A stretch of 63,847 bases of DNA, counting the filler, from Octopus bimaculoides (lineage: Eukaryota): the NCBI RefSeq assembly GCF_001194135.2. It is 8 parts of 8 records of this genome, joined end to end, with 100 filler letters (N's around TTAATTAATTAA, not from the genome) between each part and the next. Parts side by side here need not be neighbours in the genome. Positions count along the whole stretch, not along the records: positions 33,503 to 54,287 come from NC_068997.1; positions 54,388 to 60,717 come from NC_068987.1; positions 60,818 to 63,847 come from NC_069003.1; 5 more parts are not named here. One strand, written 5' to 3'. The notes below the pieces were generated by a model. That model did not search any database, was not told the DNA's origin, and saw only the letters and a list, made by a program, of their open reading frames with translations. Below are positions 53,001-63,847 of this stretch, piece by piece. The translations under genes and the position numbers were made by a program. Every line of letters begins with the position of its first letter. Positions within the stretch are counted from its first letter, which is position 1.

Positions 53001-53773
53001 ATCTCACTAAAACATAGCATTTTTTACTAATAATAATATCCATATCTGTCTGCGCAGCTAGCTAGACAGACAAACAGACAGTTATTCATCATCATCATCA
53101 TAATCATCATCTAACATCCACATTCCCTGTTGGCATGGCTCAGACTGTTTAACAGGATCCAGTGGGCCAGAGGACTGAATCATGCTCCAGTGTCTGTTTT
53201 CACATGGTTTCCATGTTGGAATGACTTCTCTAATGCCAATCACTTTACAACAAGTACTGGATGCTTTTTTCTCATTGTCCCAGCACTAGTGAGGTCACCT
53301 TGCATCTTATTGGACTGTGAACCCTGAAGAGCGAGCAACTTTATACTGGGAGAACGACTAATTACATTTTAGAAGAAAAGGTGCTTCAGTGGTTAGAGTG
53401 TTGGGCTCACAGTCATTTGGTAGTGAGTTCAATTTTTGGACCTGGCTGTGTGTTGTGTTCTTGAGAAAGAGTCTTTATTTCTTGTTGCTCCAGTTCACTC
53501 AGCTCTAGAGGTCAGCTGTGACATCACTGGTGCCAATCTGTATTGGTTTTGCCTTTCCCTTGGATAGCCTCAGTGGTATGGAGAGGAGAGACTGGTATGC
53601 ATGGGTGACTGTTGGTCTTCCACAAAGAACCTGGATTTGTGCTTTGGGGGGTAACTTTCGAGGTGCAATCCCATGGTCATTCATGACAAGGGGTATTTAC
53701 TTTTCTTTTTTATATTGTCTTCAACTTCTATAGAAATCTAACTGCTTTCCTTTGTTATTATGCATATTGACAG

Positions 53774-53893
53774 ATTCTGCAAGACATGATGAGAGCCATT
53801 GACTACGATTCCGATGGAAGAGTGACACTTGAAGAATGGAAGAAGGGTGGCCTTACAACAATCCCGCTTTTAGTCCTGCTTGGTCTTGATGTT
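53774..53893 (+). CDS. DGK (type I): Type I DGK exon ([42 protein letters not shown]-hand 2)
   Basis: AG/GT boundaries, 120 bp; matches IDYDxDGxVxLEEW..[14 protein letters not shown]. Confidence 0.95.
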
Positions 53894-54435
53894 GTAAGTA
53901 TTGTTGAAATTTTATGAATTCCTGCACAAGTAAACCGTGAAGAAAATTCTACTTTCATCTTTCCAGGATCGATCAAATAAATACCAGTATTACAGTGCTG
54001 TTGTGTGTGTGTGTTTGTTAAGTACTGGGGTCAATTTGTTTCAGGAAATGCTGCAAAGTAATGTCTCAGCATGGCCACAAGCCAGTGACTGAAACAAGTA
54101 AAAAATAAAAGGCAATATAATATGAGTGGTTGTGTGGTAAGTAGCTTGCTTACCAACCACATGGTTCCAGGTTCAGTCCCAATGCATAGCACCTTGGGCA
54201 AGTGTCTTCTACTATAACCTCAGGCCGACCAAAGCCTTGTGAGTGGATTTGGTAGATGGAAACTGAAAGAAGCCCGTTGTATATATANNNNNNNNNNNNN
54301 NNNNNNNNNNNNNNNNNNNNNNNNNNNNNNNTTAATTAATTAANNNNNNNNNNNNNNNNNNNNNNNNNNNNNNNNNNNNNNNNNNNNCGATTTGCTTGAT
54401 TAAAGGTTGTGCTCCACCGACTGAAACAAGTAAAA

Positions 54436-54480
<45 letters not shown>

Positions 54481-56652
54481 GGAGGGTATATGTGTGCGTT
54501 TTTGCATGCGTATGTGTGAGTGAGTGTACGCGCGCGTATACGTGTGTGTATAAGTGTGTGTGTGTATGTTATACTGTATGCTCATGATGCATACTTCCAT
54601 AATGTTTGGCAAAAATGCGGGGAAATAGCGAAATCAAAGAATAATTGAATATTAGTTTAAATAAATAATTCGTAAATTATGAATGGTGGATCTGTACATC
54701 AGTTGGATAGAATAGGTAATATCTTGCTATATTGTATTGTAAATAATTTACTCTTTGTATTTTATAATTAGATATTAGAGTGCGAGATGGAATTCTTTAA
54801 CTGCATTTGAGTATCTACGTTAATTATTGTTCGAGCATTTTGTTAGTGATATATTTATGTGTCAGTGTTTATGTATATATATGTGTATTTATATATATGA
54901 ACGTATATTAATACGTAAATACAAACACACACGCTATCCATAATAGAATGAGATACAGACGAATATAATATACACTCTGATTTTAATTATAGTATGTGTG
55001 GAATCTTTAAAGCCTATATACACGCATAACTGTTACTGAGAACAATATGCTCTTTTCTGTATGATATATTATCTGTCAAATCTCCATGATTATTCTTTGT
55101 AAACAAAACTGCAGACTTGTTCTACTGTAGGCATTATAATACTTCTGACAATAATATGAAAATACTTTAATACATACAGTAAAAAAATATTTTTAGTGGA
55201 TAATTTAACTTCTGAAATCAATTCACTATAAAATTATATTGATGTTTGTGAACAAATACATTAACGTAATGTGAAAACAATTAGTTTCCCACGCCTCAAA
55301 ATGTTCATTTCATGTACATTTAACTGGCAATACACACTACACAAATAGTAGAGGCAATGTTTAGCGAATGAGGTCTGCATGAGATAAACAAATGCCCAGT
55401 TATATTTTCTGTACCTGTGCGAAAATTCCAATAATAATCATCTCCATTTTACTCTTTTACTCGTTTCAATTGCTAGACAGCAGCAATTCTTGAGTTCCAC
55501 GTGCATGCTTTTATAGGTATCACCACCATTTTATTTTTAAAAAGTGATTACTATTTCATTGAATATTTTTTGCCTGTTTTCGAACTTACATAGACTTAAA
55601 CACATTAGCAACCGTGCTCAAGTTCAGTTACATACCCCACCACATACAGCTGTATATGTGTGAGTGTGCGTCTATTCGTGAGTGTCTCTATATGTATACG
55701 TATAGATAGATAGATAGATATATAGATAGAGAGAGAGAGAGAGATAGACATACATACATGCAGACATACAGACATACAGACAAACAGACAGACAGACAGG
55801 CAGACACACAGACAGACAGAGAGATAGAAAGATACATAGATAGATAGATAGATTGATAGATAGATAGATAGATAGAAAGATAGATAGATAGACAGATAGA
55901 CAGATGGATAGATAGACTCAAACGTGAAGTATTAGTTGGTATCAGAATACAATAGAAGAGAGTGTGGATTGATCTTCAAGCCACATGATTGCAAAGTGAA
56001 ATTTCAAACCACACAGTCATGCCTACAATTATGTTATTTTAATTTTGATCACTATACATTGGTTTAGAATAGGCCTTCAACCGGACTTGTCAGTTTATTT
56101 CTAATTATCTTTAAAATTGTTAAAATATTAAGTATGTTATAAGATAGTGAGCTGACAGAATGGTTGGCCTGCAGGGCTGAAAGCTTACCGGTATTTCGTT
56201 CGTTCTTTACGTTGTAATTTCAAATTTCGCTGCGATCGATCTAGCCTTTCATGCTTTCGAGATGGATAAAATAAGTACCAGTCCAGCACTGGTGTCGTTA
56301 TAATCGACTTGCTCCTACCGCCATATCGATGGCATTGTGCCAAAATTTTAAACCAATATGACTAATATATTAAAAATGTGAGAAAATTCTTTACACGTAG
56401 GCACAATATTTCAACGTAATTATTTTCTCGATAACGAAACAATGAGAGGCAAAGATGTCCTCAAGCTGTTTTCAAATTACAGCATAAAAGTCTGTTTCCT
56501 TCCTGTTTCTGTCGACTATGCCTCTTAGCTTAAGTTATTCATTCAAAGGGTGCAGGGCCTTCGTCCAAAAGAGTTAACCATTAAATCTGCTCATAGAATC
56601 ATAGAACTGGACAACGGATTTTTGAGGAAGACATTCGTCAAAGTTCTAACAG

Positions 56653-56721
56653 TTTCAGGCATACCAATATCTTGGAGTGATTCTTTTCCTTCTGAGAGAA
56701 AGAGAGGCAAAGTTGGTATCA
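56653..56721 (+). CDS. Weak candidate internal exon (SGIPISWSDSFPSERKRGKVGI)
   Basis: CTAACAG acceptor, GTAAGT donor, 69 bp symmetric phase 1; poor pyrimidine tract and no homology recognised. Confidence 0.2.
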
Positions 56722-57489
56722 GTAAGTGTTGAACAGAGGGCGCAGTTATTCGAAAAGTATACAGCTGATACTCTATCCAACACTCTAACGGCTATTTCAG
56801 CTGTTTTCTGCCGTATGCTATTGATTAATGACTAAAGTGATGCACTGAGTCAGCGCTATTTAGTTGTGATGTGATGTATTAAATATATTAAACTGTATAT
56901 TAAACATACGTCTGTCAACTTATTCACAATTTATCATTTTATTCAATTATGTACACATGGAATTGACATTTAAGATGTACACAGCACTAGATTAGCGAAA
57001 GTTCTGTAGCTGGAGTTATGCAATTATTTTTAAGAACAAAAATCTGCTACTTGAACGACAGAGATTGAATGTTTGACTCCCGGATGCCATGTATCGCGGG
57101 ACTACTGAGATCAAGAACAACATAGATTACAACTGTTTTGTGCGACAAACAAATATCTTACGTATCAGTACAGCAGTAACTCCCTCCAACTAAATTGTTC
57201 CTGTAGAGAGCATTATGTTTTCATGAAGTTTACCGCCTCTGTGTTCCTTATGCCTAACTTATCTCAATCTATCTATCTGTGTTTATGCATGTATATATAG
57301 CCACGCAGCCACACACACGCATACACTATATATATATATATATAGCCTTTATATATATATATTTATATTTATATATTTATATAGTTGATCCTTTATATTG
57401 AACACTCAATATTTCATCTACATTCAATACTTTCTTTCATGGTGCCATCCATTTTTATTTTATTTTATTTTATATTGTATATTGTATAT

Positions 57490-57652
57490 CATATTATATA
57501 TTGTATATTTCATATTCTATACCCCACATTAGTTCTGCAGGAATATAAATAAAACATAAAAAACAGACAGTGTTGGAACTCTTTTAAGCAAAATAATATA
57601 TTCCTCTATACACAATCATACAAAAAAACCCACCTCTTTTGTATTTATTTTT
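57490..57652. repeat. Dispersed ~160 bp repeat, copy 2
   Basis: Near-identical to 4298-4460. Confidence 0.85.
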
Positions 57653-57686
57653 NNNNNNNNNNNNNNNNNNNNNNNNNNNNNNNNNN

Positions 57687-57733
<47 letters not shown>

Positions 57734-58149
57734 ATAGATAGATAGATAGATAATGACACACATATGTATATAGTGTATATACCTACATACATATATGTAT
57801 ACCAATATCTATATATTTACATACATATATAAACGAACGAACACGCAATCAAATGGCCGGGTACCCAAACGTTAGAGTTTGAGTTGTTACTTCAAGTGTT
57901 GTGGCCGCAAGTTTTGTGCTGCTCCTTAGGCACTCTGAGGCAATGTGAAGAGGAAAACAAAATGCTTACTTTATAACACAGAAAATTTAAACCACCATTC
58001 ATCAGTTCAGCTCAAGTTGTGATTACACAGTGACAACAGGACTAACGGACCCTTAAATGTCGCTTATTCATGAATTGTAATATTTGTTGCATCAACGACG
58101 GAACTGCTAAAGCCATGAGGTTACTACTTAACATAGAGAATCGAACGTT

Positions 58150-58700
58150 CAATAGTCAGTTACAGTCGTAGATGCAATGATAAATTAGGGTCAACAGATG
58201 AATGCCACGTGGTGCGGTTCTTCGATTGGATGACAGTAACACGTCTGCTAGATCATGGAATTGGAGAATTGTAGTGTTGTAAACGTTGTACAGATTACCT
58301 GCATGGTATAGCATGGCCTTGGTTGGTATATCGGGATTATCCGTGATATGTGGCTTGGAATATTTTAAATGTGCATATCTTCCACCATGGCAATATAAAC
58401 TGTCTTTTCTATTAAGGGATATCTCACGCTGTTGGGTTATGTGCAATCTTTCTCGGAAACAAAGTTGGCAATAGCGACTAAGGTGGGACCTTGACGAGAA
58501 TACTCCATGTAATGTTGGTGTCAGGGGTGGCTGTGGCCACATAGTTTTTAGATGAACCAGAGCAGGCCATGGATAAGTTTTGATTGAACCTCAAGAGCAT
58601 CTTCCGAATTTTGAGCCTAACAATAACTCTTAACATCAACTTAACAAATGTCGACTTCCTAGACATTATGCTAGACCTCAAGACAGAAACCTCAACAAGG
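58150..58700. mobile_element. Penelope-like element fragments in opposite orientations
   Basis: Plus strand ITLNINLTNVDFLDIMLDL (PLE RT C-terminal FLD motif); minus strand RYCQLCFRERLHI....SLNRKD (resembles the CxLCxxEK..I..LN GIY-YIG C-terminus). Confidence 0.65.
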
Positions 58701-58970
58701 AAACGTTTATTTTCGTAATCATTTCAACTACCCTGGCTACAGGTATCAGCAAGAGAATCTCCAACTTATTCTCACCTCGAGCGATTCAAATTAGAAGATA
58801 ATTTGAAATTCTGCTATTTCTGTCAAGTAGAGACGTTTTTAAATTATTGTCTATTAAATTGTCGCTAACAGTAACGACTATCTTGTAACGTAAGGTAGAA
58901 TTCATTCATATTTCTAGCAGAGAGGTTGGTGACGCATAAGCGCCATGTTGGCTTATTAATTTAATATATA

Positions 58971-59790
58971 TTGGGTCATCCCATAAATAATGTGGCCTTT
59001 TCAAATGCATGAGGCAAAAAAACGGAGGGGGCCGGGATAAACTACCTGCACCAACTTGCTATAAAGGCAGGTAGTAATTTAAACTTGTACTTTGTCTTAG
59101 TGCAAGTTTTGAAGAGTGCAGTTCGATTTTAACAGTCATTTTATCGGTACTAACAGTAGTTCCAGAAATTCCGAGCTGGAAACAACAGCCTAGAAGGCGA
59201 GACTCTTCCTGGAAGATCAGGAGTGCTCCAGAAAGACGTCCTGTAAACACTGGCGGAACAAAATTCCATCGTAATTGTTGAGGAACTCGCAGAGAAGCTT
59301 GGATTTGGTCAGTCAGCCATTCAGTGATACCTGCATGCCATCGGAAGAGTCAGCAGATTGGGTCAGTGGGTTCCTCACAAACTTTCCTAGTCTAATCGCA
59401 CGTAGAGAGTGAATGTGTACTCTTCTTTGCTGCCACATCTCACAAATGAACCTTTATGGAACAGAATAGTACCTGGTGACGAGAAATGGGTTCTCTTTTA
59501 AAATGTCAAGCACCGAAGACAATGGGTAGGGAATAGAGAAAGAACGGTACCCCAGGCTAAAGAAGGTCTTCACCTACGTAAGGTGTTATCTGTTTGGTGG
59601 GATATCAAAGTTTTAATCCACTTTGAACTTTTAAACCCATGCCAAACAATAGCAAAAAAGATTTACTGCGAGCAGCTTGAGCGGCTAAAGTCACTGCTAG
59701 GAGAAAAACAACCGTCTTTGGTTTTAAGGCCAAATGTGTTCTTCCATCAGGATAATGCCCGGCCACAGACAGCGAGGAGGGAATTCCAAA
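58971..59790 (+). mobile_element. Mariner element, 3' truncated
   Basis: TA|TTGGGTCATCCCATAAATAATG TIR-like start; GQWVPHKL, RIVPGDEKW, LSVWWD and FFHQDNARP. Confidence 0.9.
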
Positions 59791-59954
59791 GGCTGGAGCA
59801 GTTTCAATTATATTCCTCGTGAACTCCTTACAGGAGTGGACCATGATACCACAAAACTTGACTTTAAAAGGATTTAGATAATCCTATCAGGTGGTGCTAT
59901 TAAGTTACATATGGCCAGGACCAATTAAATTTTATCACAGTTTGAAATATACAT

Positions 59955-60004
<50 letters not shown>

Positions 60005-60683
60005 TATATATAAGCACTACATACATATTTATGCGTGCGTGTATGTATCTATGGTTATGTATATATATACACATATACTATATGTATGTCTGTACGCATA
60101 ATACTACACATAGTAAAAGAGAAACAACTTTCACGCTAAAATGGAATGCTGGTTAGTCAAGTTAATCCTTTATATACACGCACCCAAAATAATAAAATAT
60201 TTTGCCCGTTGTAAAAACAATCCGGATCTATCAATGTATTTGCTAATAAGACATAGCCATTATTTAGATAGATCGCTTATATCATTTACTGCTCTGCTTT
60301 TTGCACAAATCTAGCAGGAACACTCTTCTCGCTTGTCAGCTATTTCTATCTGTATATTTGATGATAAATCTTCATTTTGCAGACGCTAATTGTGCACGCA
60401 CATAAAGGCAAACAGACATCAAGCCACAATCGCATGCGCGAACAGGTACACATATCTATGCGTGATCATCCATCCATCCATACATACATATACACATATG
60501 CACACACGCACTCACACATATAAATACGTATGTGTGTATGTATGTATGTACGTACGTATGTTTGTATGCGTACATTCCATACATTATTACCAGGAAAACA
60601 TTTGCTCCGATGATATATTCACACACACACACACACACACAAACACACACAAACACACACACGTACACACACACACGCATATA

Positions 60684-60717
<34 letters not shown>

Positions 60718-61289
60718 NNNNNNNNNNNNNNNNNNNNNNNNNNNNNNNNNNNNNNNNNNNNTTAATTAATTAANNNNNNNNNNNNNNNNNNNNNNNNNNN
60801 NNNNNNNNNNNNNNNNNTCCTGCTCCTCCTCCTACTTCTTCTCCTGTTCCTCCCTTTCTTCTTCTTCTTCTTCTTCTTCTTCTTCTTCTTCTTCTTCTTC
60901 TTCTTCTTCTTCTTCTTCTTCTTCTTCTTCTTCTTCTTCTTCTTCTTCTTCTTCTTCTTCTCATTATCATTACATTAATTATCATTACCATTGTTAGAAC
61001 TACACCTATATCGCCCCCTTCTTTTTTTTTCTCGTTTCTTAGCCTTTGTTATACTATATACGTATCCCTTTTCCTTTCCACTGTATACCCTGCATACTTA
61101 CCCCATTTATTTTATTTATATTATATTTGGAAATCAATTTTTTATTATTTTATCATTTCATTATGTGTAAAACCCCACACTTTATATCTGTTTTATATTG
61201 GTCCCCTCATCCTTCGCCCTAGTGGCAAATATATGAAATACTCCTCCCCCACCTCCTCCTCATCATCATCATTATCATCATTATTATTA

Positions 61290-61358
<69 letters not shown>

Positions 61359-61559
61359 CATTTTAAAGGCAGAAACATTAGCACGCCGGGCAAAATGGTT
61401 TGCGACATTTTGTCCGTCTTCACAGTCCGAGTTCGAATTTCACCGAGGTCGACTCTGCCTTTCATCCTTTCGGGGTCGATAAGTTGAGTACTGGTTAAGG
61501 TCAAACAACTGACATGCAGATCTGTGGTACTGAGCAGCAGTTATTTACTGTAACCCATC

Positions 61560-61610
<51 letters not shown>

Positions 61611-61699
61611 GTTATTATTATTATTATTATTTCCATATACACTCAACAGATTAGACTGTTGGAAAAGAAAAAATCCTAAATTTCCTAGCTGTCCATAAT

Positions 61700-63131
61700 A
61701 ACACTGTTTTCTGGAGCTGTATTAAACTGACTTTTATGCCTACTTCCTTTAGTCATCTGTTCAGATTTTTAGTTGTAATTTTTTCTATACTTCTCATATT
61801 AATGTTTTCATCATTTGGGACTATAAAGTCAATTATCTGGAACTTTCTTTTCTCATTATATACTACTACCAAATCAGGCCTTCTAGCTTCTATTACTCCA
61901 ACAACATCCTATATTTCTTCCTTTCTGGTACATTAAGTGGGCCATCTTCATACCATTTATCAGTATGTTTAAATCCTAGCTTTCTACAAAGCACAAAGCT
62001 CCCAGTGGACAACTCTCCCTAGACTGTTATGTTTTCTATTCTTTCTGTGCCGGCATGCTACATTCACTTACTATGTGCGTAACGCTTTCCTCTTTAGATT
62101 TCCATATATCTGCATTGGGAAACTACTTGGTTTTTGTCTATCTTGGCCTTTATCCAATTAGTCCTTAATGCTTGATCGTGTGCAGCTGCTAACAAACTTT
62201 CTGTCTCCCTCTTCAGCTTTCCATTCTGCAAACGTAACCGTATCTCATTACTTCTATTTGCTACAGCTATCTTTGGGAATCTACCATGCAACGCCTTCTC
62301 CGGCCGGTCAGATAATTTCTTTTCTTTTGTCTGATTTTAAAGTTCGTTTGGGATTTTGGTTTCCCTATGTCTTGATGTGTCTCTAGCAGTTTTCAATAAA
62401 CTTTCTTCATTATTTACCCACATAGGTTCGTAGGAGTCTATATCTACTCCACCCAACTCAACGCAGTCTTGTACTGATTATACCTACCTTTCTAGGTAGG
62501 TATAATCTTACTACTCCTGCCCTTGTGTGGAGTTCTCCATTCATATTGAATTCCTTCCTAGTTCTTCTATCTAGTTTTTCTAATTCAGTTTTTGTCCAAT
62601 CTACAAAAGCTGCTGAGTATCTAAGTAATTCTACTGCCCAAGTATTTACAACCTTCACTAGATTCAGACCATTTAGCTTTGACTTCATTAGCTTCCTCAC
62701 CCTTCTGATGTACTCCTCAATTTTCGTTTTCATTTCTGTAGTTAGTAGCCTGTCAGATTCTAATGCTCTTAGATACTTATAACTATCTCCACCTTTCAAT
62801 GATTTTTATGTCTGGCCTACGCTGTTGATTACATGTCCCCTTCTGATGACTAATATTGCACACTTACCTATGCCTATATCCATGCCTATATCTTTGCTGA
62901 AGAATCTTATAGTTTGTATTAAGGAATCTATCTCTTTTTCAATCTTACTAAAAAGTTTCTGATCATTCATGTAGAGCAAATGGTTAATTTTTCCATTACT
63001 ATTTCTGAACTGATATCCTGCCTTTGTCTTCCTTAATACAAAACTGAGGAGGATCAAACATAAGATTAATATTCATGGGGACAACGAGCCCTCCTGGAAA
63101 ATTTCTCTTTTGATATTAACTTTCCCTAACA
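61700..63131 (-). mobile_element. R4/Dong-like (RLE-type) non-LTR retrotransposon, RT and C-terminal region, decayed
   Basis: IKREIFQEGSLSP, INHLLYMNDQKL, YKYL, KLDRRTRK, RLYLPRK and ETESLL.AAHDQALRT. Confidence 0.85.
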
Positions 63132-63559
63132 CTTGAATGTAGTGCTATCCTCGAGTGAGTTTATTGAAAGGTGGATGACAGTTCTAAAAATGGCAAGAGT
63201 GGATGTTACCTCTCTAAGTGTAGACCTGTGAGTCGGAGAGAAAGAATTGGAGAAGGTACTTGCTCCTTGGGTTTCAGAGAAATATCGGACAGTTGGGTTT
63301 CCCCCATTATCTCTAGATGTAGCCCTCTTGTATCAGGAGGGCTACATCTCTATCATCCTCCCCCACTAATTAAAAAAATGTTTTTTACCTTTGCATGCTA
63401 TGTCCCTTCCTTTCCAGTGTATACCGTGTATACTTTATATTATATTTTTTTTATCATTTCATTATTATATGTAAACCCCTACACTTTATCCCTGTCTCTG
63501 TATTGTCCCCCTCATCCTTCGCCCTTGTGCCAAATAAATGAAATCATTATTATTATTAT

Positions 63560-63847
63560 TCAGTAGTTTTATTTTTATAACGTGCTTTCACTTCACTACC
63601 GAACGCAGCTCTGTGCGCCTTGGGTATGTGCTGTGGTTTGCTGTGGTGCTCTTATGTTTACTGTATTGAAAGTGTTTTGCGTAGAATGTGTGCAGTACCC
63701 AGTAGTGCAATTTTCTGTATGTTATATATATTTGTAAGTCCTGGTGTTTTTGTTATGTATTTGTCTGAATATTTTTTTATTATACCTAAGGCACCTACTA
63801 TGATAGGAATTGTTTCTGTTTTTAGATTCCACATTCGAGTTATCTCT
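63560..63847 (-). mobile_element. 3' end of a second R4/Dong-like element with 3' UTR and (AAT)n tail
   Basis: Minus strand QKIALLGTAHILRKTLSIQ*, a short UTR, then an AATAAT tail. Confidence 0.8.

Overview
AT-rich, microsatellite-dense animal genomic DNA. The SINE, LINE and mariner content and gene structure suggest a coleoid cephalopod, probably Octopus (inference, not verified). It is not prokaryotic, and nearly all ORFs in the supplied track are translations of microsatellites or N gaps. Seven identical 100-bp spacers (44 N + TTAATTAATTAA + 44 N) split the window into eight joined pieces, so adjacency across them is uncertain. Host-gene fragments, all on +: two exons of an EGF-like/single-pass transmembrane protein (13.0-14.4 kb); the N-terminal activation-domain exon of a GATA4/5/6-type factor (22.5-22.8 kb); three EF-hand exons of a type I diacylglycerol kinase (48.4-53.9 kb); and a few weaker exon candidates. 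The rest is decayed mobile DNA: a CR1/L2-group LINE, an RTE LINE with a PHD-like finger inside ORF2, two R4/Dong-like pieces, Penelope-like fragments, four mariners, a near full-length maT-like element, MITEs and many tRNA-derived SINEs. The most notable signals are several minimal hammerhead-ribozyme-like motifs (one in the sense strand of the GATA intron) and a palindromic MITE built around telomeric repeats. No confidently new biological system can be demonstrated from the sequence alone.
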